In this document: positions 48,501 to 60,500 of the stretch, piece after piece
How positions within the stretch are numbered: the stretch's first letter is position 1
How the letters are laid out: each line of letters opens with the position of its first letter
Source: Eimeria praecox
Taxonomy: Eukaryota
Assembly: GCA_963920595.1 (NCBI GenBank)
Contig: OY986948.1
Location: 5,394,001 to 5,458,000, forward strand
Length of the DNA stretch: 64,000 nt
Direction: 5' to 3'
Notes under the pieces: generated by a model
Told to the model about the DNA's origin: nothing
What the model saw: only the letters and a program-made list of their open reading frames with translations
The model's database searches: none
Translations under genes and position numbers: made by a program

Positions 48501-51500
48501 GGGAGCCCGATGGCTCCCGAACAACTTGGACTTTCTGGATTAGCGTTGGCCTTCCAGTAATGGGCGATTCGACAAGGCCGGCCTCTGCACGCCCGTGCTT
48601 CGTTTTGTTGTTGGTTTTAAGTTTGGGCTTGGATAACTAATTACGTTTAGCCACTGCCCATCAACGGCAGGAATGTACGTAGTATTTGGCTGGTATCTAG
48701 AAGGCCAACGTGCATAAGCAGCACAGCGTACTGCAGCTGGTGTGAACGTCTTCGGATGCGGGGTGAGGAATCCTCCAGTGGTGTTAAGCTCTCTCGGCGG
48801 TCTTCCCAGCAAGCTTGCACTTAGCAGCAGAGTCATGCGCACGCTGCCAGTGTGGAGAATGCTTCGTTTCAGGCTGTCTGACGGTGGACTTCGGCGTGGA
48901 TTGGCGTGCATGCAGTTCTGTGGAGCTCCAGCGTGAGGAGAATTGCCAACTCCGTCTGCCGCATCGGCTTCTGCGTTTCGTATGTTGGATCGGGTTGTTT
49001 TGATACGCACTGTACGTTTACGAGATAGGTTTACACATTGCAAACGTGTTAGTGAGCTGTTGGTGCAGCTCATGCTCAGCGCAGCATGTCGTGGGAGAAA
49101 CCAGTGACTAGTCGGCTGCTTGCACTAAGAGTTCAGGAGCGTTGGCGATCATGCGTGGTTATCGATGATGACAGCGGTTTTGTGGAAGACGGGAATAGCT
49201 GCCTGTAAGCCGCAGACGATAGTGCAACCAACGCAAATTGTGTGAATTTGCAAGGCGTTTACAGAGAAGCATACGGGGTCAGGAGCTCATTGCGCAGCTA
49301 CTGCTTAACACAAAGGAACGCAGAATTATCAGGGCAGGCTAATGCCGTGACATGGCAAGATTTGTGAAGCTGCTTTGTGTTTGCAGTAGGTGGCACGTGT
49401 GCGTGCGCCGCTCATTCTGTGGAGCTTGGCATTTCCAAGCAAAGTTTGGATTCCACTGCATTATCCTTAGGATTGAAGAAGGAGAAGCTGACCCCTCGCT
49501 TGCAAGCACATGGTGTCTCCAATGCGTGTTGAATGTTTGCAGATATCGTTGACTTTCTCAGAGCAAGCGATTTGACAAGGTCGCCCCGTGCAGCCAGTTG
49601 TCTAGGTTTGCTGTTGGCATTGGTCTTGGACTTAGTTCACATGCCCTCGTTGGTCTCGTGTTTATTTGCTGGTGCACGTGCACGCAATAATATCAGGAGG
49701 AGCTATAGGATTTGATTGTGTGAGCATAGTGAGGGTATGCAGCTTGCGTCCATGCGTATGCGGCAGTTGTGTGACAAGCCTTCTCTTGCTAGGCAGCTCT
49801 CTGGTTTGCGCAGGAAGTAAGCATGTTTGAGCAACGCCACCTGCTGAAGCACGGTTATGGGTGGGATCGCCCTCAATGCTACCTGGTGGTAGGTGTGTAT
49901 GCGTACGCGCGTGATTGGAGATTTTTGCAAATGCAGTGTAAGACGTAGAAGCACTACTTTATTAACTTGTAACGGGCTTCGGTATCTGCTGGGTTGGGAT
50001 GTCTCGATGCATGATGTGGGCTTGCGAAGAAGCGCCTGGCCTTACGAATGGTATCAACAAATTGCTGAAGCAGTATCCGCGCAGGGCAATGGGTTGTGGG
50101 AGGGAGCGGGGACTGCGCGGTGGCTTGCGTCAAGTCAAGGGTTTAGTAGGACTGGCCATTCGTCCAGTTATGCTTGTTGGTATTTGTTTTGCGGATGACT
50201 AAGGTAGTGGATACGGGCAGGACGCGGTAGACAGAGCGACCGCCAGGAGTCGTTGTTGGCGCCTGTGCAGACGAACGCGGAGCCAGTAGTTCATTCTGCA
50301 GCTATTGGGTAGCCGAAAAGCAGGCGGACCGTACTGTTCAGGCGCTGGCGTCTGGATTGGCGAGGTTGGTATCGCTGGTTTGGGTTTTGAGTTGTTCAGC
50401 TTGGAGTCGCTTCATTCGGTTTTGTTGGAATCGAGCTTTTAATGACAGCCTTGCACCGGCATTCCACCGTGGTAGGCAAAAGCAAAGGGAAAGCAGCCCC
50501 TTGACCTGCGCGCACGTGGTTTGTTACAAACCTCTCGAAGGTGTTATACTTGATTACTCAACAACAGGCAATTCGGCAAGGACACCCCATGCAATCAGCA
50601 TCGCTTTACATTTGATACTGGGCTTGGGCTTGGTTGGCATGACGTCATTGGAGCAAGCTGCCTTTGACGGTTCTTTCGTACCCTGGGTTTGACTGGCAGC
50701 CAAAGCACCTCCAGGTATGCGCATCCTGGTGTTATGCAGTCTGTGTGCGTTCGTCTGCGAATGCGGTATGCCGCAGCCTCCTGTGGTGTTACGGTATCTC
50801 GCTGATGTTGCCAGGAAGTATGCACTTAGCAGAGGACTCATCTGTGTCGTGTGGCCACTGTTGAGCGTCAAGCTGTCGAATGGCGGATATCATTGTGCAC
50901 TGGCTTGCAGGCAATTTTCTGGAGTTGCAGAGTGAGTGATGTGATTGCTTTCTGGACTACACGCTTCTGCATTTCTGTTCTGCTGGATCAGCTATGCAAT
51001 ATCCGTTTACCAGATAGGTTTACAAGTTGCAAACGTGTTAGTGAGCTGTTGGTGCAGCTTACGCTCAGCGCAGCATGTCGTGGGAGAAACCAGTGACTAG
51101 TCGGCTGGTTGCACTAAGAGTTCAGGAGCGTTGGCGATCATGCGTGGTGGTTATTGATGATGGCAGCGGTTTTGTGGAAGACGGGAATAGCTGCCTGTAG
51201 GCCGCAGACGATAGTGCAACCAACGCAAATTGTGTGAATTTGCAAGGCGTTTACAGAGAAGCATACGGGGTCAGGAGCTCATTGCGCAGCTACTGCTTAA
51301 CACAAAGGAACGCAGAATTATCGGGACAGGCTAATGCTGTGACATGGCAAGATTTGTGAAGCTGCTTTGTGTTTGCAGTAGGTGGCACGTGTCCGTGCGC
51401 CGCTCATTCTGTGGAGCTTGGCATTTCCAAGCAAAGTTTGGATTCCACTGCATTATCCTTAGGATTGAAGAAGGAGAAGCAGACCCCTCGCTTGCAAGCA

Positions 51501-54500
51501 CATGGTGTCTCCAATACGTGTTGAATGTTTGCAGGTATCGTTGACTTTCTCAGAGCAAGCGATTTGACAAGGTCGCCCCGCGCAGCCAGTTGTCTAGGTT
51601 TGCTGTTGGCATTGGTTTTGCGCTTAGTTCACATGCCCTCGTTGGTCTCGTGTTTATTTGCTGGTGTACATGTACGCAGTAATATCGGGAGGAGCTATAG
51701 GATTTCATTGTGTGAGCTTAGTGACGGTATGCAGCCTGTGTGCATGCGTGTGCGGGAGTCGTGTGAAAAGCTCTTTCTTGCTAGGCAGCTCTCTGTTTTG
51801 CGCAGCAAGTAAGCATGTTTGAGCAACGCCACCTGCTGAAGCACGGTTATGGGTGGGATCGCCCTCAATGCTACCTGGTGGTAGGTGTGTATGCGTACGC
51901 GCGTGATTGGAGATTTTTGCTAATGCAGTGTAAGACGTAGAAGCACTACTTTATTAACTTGTAACGGGCTTCGGTATCTGCTGCGTTGGGATGGCTCGAT
52001 GCTTGATGTGGGCTTGCGAAGAAGCGCCTGGCCTTACGAATGGTATCAACGAATTGCTGAGGCAGTATCCGCGCAGGGCAATAGGTTGTGGGAGGGAGCG
52101 GGGACTGCGCGGTGGCTTGCGTCAAGTCAAGGGTTTAGTAGGACTGGCCATTCGTCCAGTTATGCTTGTTGGTATTTGTTTTGCGGATGACTAAGGTAGC
52201 GGATACGGGCGGGACGCGGTAGACAGAGCGACCGCCAGGAGTCGTTGTTGGCGCCTGTGCAGACGAACGCGGAGCCAGTAGTTCATTCTGCAGCTATTGG
52301 GTAGCCGAAATGGAGGCGGATCGTACTGTTCAGGCGCTGGCGTGTGGCGTGGCGAGGTTGGTAACGCTGGTTTGGGTTTTGAGTTGTTCAGCTTGGAGTC
52401 GCTTCATTCAGTTTTGTTGGAATCGAGTTTCTAATGACAGCGTTGCGACGGCATTCCACCGTGGTAGGCGAAAGCAAACGGAAAGCAGCCCCTTGACCTG
52501 CGCGCACGTGGTTTGTTACAAACCTCTTGAACGTCTTGTGGTATACTTGGTTACTCAACAATAGGCAATTCGGCAAGGACACCCCATGCAATCTGCATTG
52601 CTTTACATTTGATACTGGGTTTGGACTTTGTTTGCTTGCCGTGATTCGAATCTACTGCCTTTCCCAGCATTAAAGCCTGGGGTGTTGTGCAGTATGAGAG
52701 AGAACTAGCGTGTTTTGAGACTGCGTTGCTTCTCCACACACGCATACAAAACCCGCCTGACGGAGATTGGGATAGCGCATTGTTTTGTTCAGGAAGTATG
52801 GACTTCTGATTTATTGAGTCGGCGCGGGTAGGGATACTGTTGCGTTTCAGGAATTTTCCTGACAGGCGTGGACGTGTATATGCATGCCTGCAGACTTGTG
52901 GAATCCCACTGTGGGAACTGAGAACTGGTTTTGCTGTATTCGTGCTTGGCTTTGGTGCTCTACTAGGAGAGGGTGTTTCAGTGCGCGATAGCGTTTGCGA
53001 TGCAGACGTTGTTAGTCTGGCATGATACACGATGTCACGGAAGTGGTGAGATATCAAATGTGCAGCGCAATAGGTGATAGAAGGAGTTAACAGCTCTTGG
53101 TGATTTGTCTTCAGCGTTTTGTATCATTGGCTACTATCCCGGTTGTGGGTGATGGCCGGTATTTTGCGGAGAGTAGGCCTTGCAAGGTGCATTAAGCAGC
53201 CGGCAATACGTGGCGTGGTTGACAGGGACACAAGCCGAGTCATGTACATCAGCATGGCCGCTGCACAAAAGAACGCGTCACCCGTAGCTCATTGTGCAGT
53301 TAATGGATAGCATGAAGGAAGACGGGATTGGTAGTGAAGACCGACAGTTCTGGCGTGTCAAGATTAGTTGAGATGTTTGGTGAATGGAGTACACGCAACG
53401 TTACATGTTGCCTATTTTTGTTCGAGTTGTGTATCGCAAGGCAATGCTTGGGCAGCAAGCCGAGGCAAGCCTAACACAGGCCCTTGACGTGCAAGCACGT
53501 GGTCTGTCCACGTTCTTTTCCAACAGGTAAACGATTTGCTAAGGGATCCCCATGCAACAGCCTGCCTCACTTTGAAGGTAGTAGTAAATCTGGACTTGTT
53601 TTGCCCTCCCTTACAGGGGCCAAATCTGTTTGCCTATAGACGTATAAGCAGTATTCGGCGGAGAGGGAGGGGGCCAGCTCGTATGAGTAAGTAGAGGTCA
53701 TGTATTTTGTGAGCGTGTGCATGCGCATGCTGGGTGTGGGTTGGCGATGTCGCGCTGCATTATTCAGAAAGTATGCTTATACTTATGTGGAATGGCTGCG
53801 AAGATGGGAACCGCATGGCAACTAGAACAGCTTGTAGTATGCCTGGACCACCCGACACAATTTTATCTCTGGGGACGGTTACGGGTTCTGGCACTTTTCA
53901 GCTAGTACGAGAGTACACACGGAGGCTGGTGCACATGCGTGCTGATGAATGGAGTTGCAAAGTGAGGAGCAGCAGGATTTTCTGTTGCTTTAGGCGTACT
54001 CATCCTTGGTTTCGACGCACGATGTGCGTTTGCCAGACAGATTCTGGCATTGCAAAGTATGCCAGTAAACTGGTGGCACATCGGTTCTGTAGACGCCACC
54101 TTGCATTGTTGGAGTAAAAGCAGACTACGCTGTTATATGCCTTCAAGGCCTACTAACACATTGCCGACCAGACTGTTCACGCATGATGGCAGCTACTTTG
54201 CACAGGGCATGAATAGTGAAGTGCACGCCTCAACATCGAATGCAGCCCACATGAATTGCGTGATTACACGCTGCGCTTGCTCAACACGACGTGCAATCAA
54301 TAGCTCATTGTGCGCCTATTGGGTTTTAAACAAGAAGGCCCAACTCGTAATGGAGGCGAATGCCCTTGGCTCCGCAACATTTGTGAAACGTGTTGGGGTC
54401 CGAATAGTTGCACCGTATGCATGCCATTGAGTTTCATTCGGGCTGGGTGGTTCATATGTAATGGTGGCAGCACTCCAACACACCCGGGAAATGTAATCGT

Positions 54501-57500
54501 GAGTCCGTCCCTCGGTTCACAGTCGCAAGGTCTCTGCAGCACTGCTTCAACGCTTACGATAATCTTGGGGTTTGCAGCAAGAGGCAACCTGACAGGGACA
54601 CCCCATGGAAACATCTGCTTCGCTTTGCAGTTGGCATTAGGCTTGGGCTTGATTTTGGTGCCCTGGTTTGAGTCAGATCCATTCGTCGGTATGCGTAACC
54701 CCAGCATTTGTAGGAGAGGTAGCTGCTTAGCATTTATGAGCATCGTGGAGTTTTCAAGGCTGCTTGCGCACTTCTGCGGAGAGCGGGGTTTGGGAATGGC
54801 GAAGCCTTCTCTGGCAGTGCGACCGTGTGCTGGTTTGGCCAGAGAGTAAGCGTTTAGCCGCAGCGTCATGTGCACGGCTCGCTTGTAGGCATTGCTGCGT
54901 TACAGGCTGCCTGACGACAGTCATGGATGCGTGTGCGCTTGCTTGCAGATGCTTGCATCTAGTTGCAGTGTAGCTGGATGTCTCCCTTCATCAGGTTTAT
55001 GCGTGCTGTTCCTTTGTTTCTACAGGAGCAGACGGTTTGGGTTCGCTGCATGCATTTTCGGGAAACAACCCAGCATTAAAAGGTATGCCAGTGGATTTGT
55101 GTGGCAGAGTATGTGTAGTGCAATGCGTGGCAGGCAGGAACAACGACTATGCGCTGACTTGTGCCAAGGGTGCAGTCGCGTCGGCGATCAGCGTGGTTCC
55201 GTATGAAGGCAGCGTTTTGTGGAGGACGAGAATAGCGGAATGCGGCCTACTTTTGAGCGTCTCCCAAACAGTAACAATGTGATCTATAAGGGAAAGTAGT
55301 GCCTGTAGCTCACTGTGTAGCTATTGGATAACGGAAAAGAGAGCGGGAATTATCGCGCAGTCAGGAGTCGCTGGTTAGGCGATATACATTAGGCTAGTTT
55401 GTGTTCAGGGTAGGTGCAATTTGTGAATGTGCCGCTTCATGCGTTTTTAAGGGCGTCGTCGCATGCTAAGGATTTGGCATCACTCCAACATAGTATACAG
55501 AGGCAAACGCGAAGTGGGCGATCGGCCTGCGGGAGCCCGATGGCTCCCGAACAACTTGGATTTTCTGGATTAGCGTTGGCCTTCCAGTAATGGGCGATTC
55601 GACAAGGCCGGAATCTGCACGCGCGTGCTTCGTTTTGCTGTTGGTTTTAAGTTTGGGCTTGGATAACTAATTACGTTTAGCCACTGTCCATCAACGGCAG
55701 GAATGTACGTAGTATTTGGCTGGTATCTAGAAGGCCAACGTGCATAAGCAGCACAGCGTACTGCAGCTGGTGTGAACGTCTTCGGATGCGGGGTGAGGAA
55801 TCCTCCAGTGGTGTTAAGCTCTCTCGGCGGTCTTCCCAGCAAGCTTGCACTTAGCAGCAGAGTCATGCGCACGCTGCCAGTGTGGAGAATGCTTCGTTTC
55901 AGGCTGTCTGACGGTGGACTTCGGCGTGGATTGGCGTGCATGCAGTTCTGTGGAGCTCCAGCGTGAGGAGAATTGCCAACTCCGTCTGTCGCATCGGCTT
56001 CTGCGTTTCGTATGTTGGGTCGGGTTGTTTTGATACGCACTGTACGTTTACCAGATAGGTTTACACATTGCAAACGTGTTAGTGAGCTGTTGGTGCAGCT
56101 CATGCTCAGCGCAGCATGTGGTGGGAGAAACCAGTGGCTAGTCGGCTCCTTGCATTAAGAGTTCAGGAGCGTTGGCGATCATGCGTGGTGGTTATTGATG
56201 ATGGCAGCGGTTTTGTGGAAGACGGGAATAGCTGCCTGTAGGCCGCAGACGATAGTGCAACCAACGTGAATTTGTGCGAATTGGCAAGGCGTTTACAGAG
56301 AAGCATACGGGGTCAGTAGCTCATTGCGCAGCTACTGCTTAACACAAAGGAACGCAGAATTATCGGGACAGGCTAATGCTGTGGCATGGCAAGATTTGTG
56401 AAGCTGCTTTGTGTTTGCAGTAGGTGCTACGCATGCATGGACGTCGAATTAGCAGGGCAGGAGAAAGCTGCGGCTTGGCAAGATTTGTGAAGCTGCTTTG
56501 TGTTTGCAGTAGGTGGCACGTGCGCGTGCGCCGCTCATTCTTGTTGGAGCTTGGCATTTCCAAGCAAAGTGTGGATTCCACTGCATTATCCTTAGGATTG
56601 AAGAAGGAGAAGCTGACCCCTCGTTTGCAAGCACATGGTGTCTCCAAAACGTGTTGAATGTTTGCGGATATCGTTGACTTTCTCAGAGCAAGCGATTTGA
56701 CAAGGTCGCCCCGTGCAGCCAGTTGTCTAGGTTTGCTGTTGGCATTGGTCTTGGACTTAGTTCACATGCCCTCGTTGGTCTCGTGTTTATTTGCTGGTGT
56801 ACATGTACGCAGTAATATCGGGAGGAGCTATAAGATTGGCCTGTGTGAGCATAGTGAGGGTATGCAGCTTGTGTGCATGCGTGCGCGGGAGTTGTGTGAA
56901 AAGCCTTCTCTTGCTAGGCAGCTCTCTGTTTTGCGCAGCAAGTAAGCATGTTTGAGCAACGCCACCTGCTGAAGCACGGTTATGGGTGGGATCGCCCTCA
57001 ATGCTACCTGGTGGTAGGTGTGTATGCGTACGTGCGTGATTGGAGATTTTTGCAAATGCAGTGTAAGACGTAGAAGCACTACTTTATTAACTTGTAACGG
57101 GCTTCGGTATCTGCTGGGTTGGGATAGGTCAATGCACGATGTGGGCTTGCGAAGAAGCGCCTGGCCTTACGAATGGTATCAGCGAATTGCTGAGGCAGTA
57201 TCCGCGCAGGGCAATAGGTTGTGGGAGGGAGCGGGGACTGCGCGGTGGCTTATGTCAAGGGTTTAGTAGGACTGGCTATTCGTCCAGTTATGCTTGTTGG
57301 TATTTGTTTTGCGGATGACTAAGGTAGCGGATACGGGCGGGGCGCGGCAGACAGAGCGACCGCCAGGAGTCGTTGTTGGCGCCTGTGCAGACGAACGCGG
57401 AGCCAGTAGTTCATTCTGCAGCTATTGGGTAGCCGAAAAGAAGGCGGACCGTACTCTTCAGGCGCTGGCGTCTGGATTGGCGAGGTTGGTATCGCTGGTT

Positions 57501-60500
57501 TGGGTTTTGAGTTGTTCACCTTGGAGTTGCTTCATTCAGTTTTGTTGGAATCGAGTTTTTAATGACAGCCTTGCAGCGGCCTTCCACCGTGGTAGGCAAA
57601 AGCAAACGGAAAGCAGCCCCTTGACCTGCGCGCACGTGGTTTGTTACAAACCTCTTGAACGTCTTGTGGTATACTTGGTTACTCAACAACAGGCAATTCG
57701 GCAAGGACACCCCATGCAATCAGCATCGCTTTACATTTGATACTGGGCTTGGGCTTGGTTGGCATGACGTCATTGGAGCAAGTTGCCTTTGACGGTTCTT
57801 TCGTACCCTGGGTTTGACTGGCAGCCAAAGCACCTCCAGGTATGCGCATCCTGGTGTTATGCAGTCTGTGTGCGTTCGTCTGCGAATGCGGTATGCCGCA
57901 GCCTCCTGTGGTGTTACGGTATCTCGCTGATGTTGCCAGCAAGTATGCACTTAGCAGAGGACTCATCTGTGTTCCTCTCGTGTGGCCACTGTTGAGCGTC
58001 AAGCTGTCGAATGGCGGATACCATTGTGCACTGGCTTGCAGGCAATTTTCTGGAGTTGCAGAGTAAGTGATGTGATTCCTCTCTGGACTACACGCTTCTG
58101 CTCTTCGGTTCTGCTGGATCAGTTATGCAATATCCGTTTGCGAGATAGGCTTAGAAATTGCAAACGTGTTAGTGAGCTGTTGGTGCAGCTTATGCTCAGC
58201 GCAGCATGTGGTGGGAGAAACCAGTGGCTAGTCGGCTCCTTGCATTAAGAGTTCAGGAGCGTTGGCGATCATGCGTGGTGGTTATTGATGATGGCAGCGG
58301 TTTTGTGGAAAAGGGGAATAGCTGCCTGTAAGCCGCAGACGATAGTGCAACCAACGCGAATTGTGTGAATTTGCAAGGCGTTTACAGAGAAGCATACGGG
58401 GTCAGTAGCTCATTGCGCAGCTACTGCTTAACACAAAGGAACGCAGAATTATCGGGACAGGCTAATGCTTTGACATGGCAAAATTTGTGAAGCTGCTTTG
58501 TGTTTGCAGTAGGTGGCACGTGTGCGTGCGCCGCTCATTCTTGTTGGAGCTTGGCATTTCCAAGCAAAGTGTGGATTCCACTGCATTATCCTTAGGATTG
58601 AAGAAGGAGAATCTGACCCCTCGTTTGCAAGCACATGGTGTCTCCAAAACATGTTGAATGTTTGCGGATATCGTTGACTTTCTCAGAGCAAGCGATTTGA
58701 CAAGGTCGCCCCGTGCAGCCAGTTGTCTAGGTTTGCTGTTGGCATTGGTCTTGGACTTAGTTCACATGCCCTCGTTGCTCTCGTGTTTATTTGCTGGTGT
58801 ACGTGTAGGCAGTAATAATATCGGCAAGAGCTATAAGATTGGCCTGTGTGAGCATAGTGAGGGTATGCAGCTTGTGTGCATGCGTGCGCGGGAGTTGTGT
58901 GAAAAGCCTTCTCTTGCTAGGCAGCTCTCTGTTTTGCGCAGCAAGTAAGCATGTTTGAGCAACGCCACCTGCTGAAGCACGGTTATGGGTGGGATCGCCC
59001 TCAATGCTACCTGGTGGTAGGTGTGTATGCGTACGTGCGTGATTGGAGATTTTTGCAAATGCAGTGTAAGACGTAGAAGCACTACTTTATTAACTTGTAA
59101 CGGGCTTCGGTATCTGCTGCGTTGGGATGGCTCCATGCTTGATGTGGGCTTGCGAAGAAGCGCCTGGCATTACGAATGGTATCAACGAATTGCTGAGGCA
59201 GTATCCGCGCAGGGCAATAGGTTGTGGGAGGGGGCGGCGACTGCGCAGTGGCTTGCGTCATGTCAAGGGTTTAGTAGGACTGGCTATTCGTCCAGTTATG
59301 CTTGTTGGTATTTGTTTTGCGGATGACTAAGGTAGCGGATACGGGCGGGACGCGGTAGACAGAGCGACCGCCAGGAGTCGTTGTTGGCGCCTGTGCAGAC
59401 GAACGCGGAGCCAGTAGTTCATTCTGCAGCTATTGGGTAGCCGAAATGGAGGCGGATCGTACTGTTCGGGCGCTGGCGTCTGGCGTGGCGAGGTTGGTAA
59501 CGCTGGTTTCGGTTTTGAGTTGTTCAGCTTGGAGTTGCTTCATTCAGTTTTGTTGGAATCGAGTTTTTAATGACAGCCTTGCAGCGGCCTTCCACCGTGG
59601 TAGGCAAAAGCAAACGGAAAGCAGCCCCTTGACCTGGGTGCACGTGGTTTGTTACAAAGCTCTCGAAGGTGTTATACTTGGTTACTCAACAATAGGCAAT
59701 TCGGCAAGGACACCCCATGCAATCTGCATCGCTTTACATTTGATACTGGGTTTGGACTTTGTTTGCTTGCCGTGATTCGAATCTACTGCCTTTCCCAGCA
59801 TTAAAGCCTGGGGTGTTGTGCAGTATGAGAGAGAACTAGCGTGTTTTGAGACTGCGTTGCTTCTCCACACACGCACACAAAATCCATCTGGCGGAGCCTT
59901 GTTTAAGACTGCGATAGCGCACTGCTATGTTAAGCTAGTATGGACTTCGTGGCAAGGTCATTGGCTCGGCGGGGGTAGGGATACTGTTGCGTTTCAGGAA
60001 TTTTCCTGACAGGAGTGGGTGTGAATGTGCATGCCTGCAGACTTGTGGAATCCCACTGTGGGAACTGAGAACTGGTTTTGCTGTATTCGTGCTTGGCTTT
60101 GGTGCTCTACTAGGAGAGGGTGTTTCAGTGCGCGATAGCGTTTGCGATGCAGACGTTGTTAGTCTGGCATGATACACGATGTCACGGAAGTGGTGAGATA
60201 TCAAATGTGCAGCGCAATAGGTGATAGAAGGAGTTAACAGCTCTTGGTGATTTGTCTTCAGCGTTTTGTATCATTGGCTACTATCCCGGTTGTGGGTGAT
60301 GGCCGGTATTTTGCGGAGAGTAGGCCTTGCAAGGTGCATTAAGCAGCCGGCAATACGTGGCGTGGTTGACAGGGACACAAGCCGAGTCATGTACATCAGC
60401 ATGGCCGCTGCACAAAAGAACGCGTCACCCGTAGCTCATTGTGCAGTTAATGGATAGCATGAAGGAAGACGGGATTGGTAGTGAAGACCGACGGTTCTGG

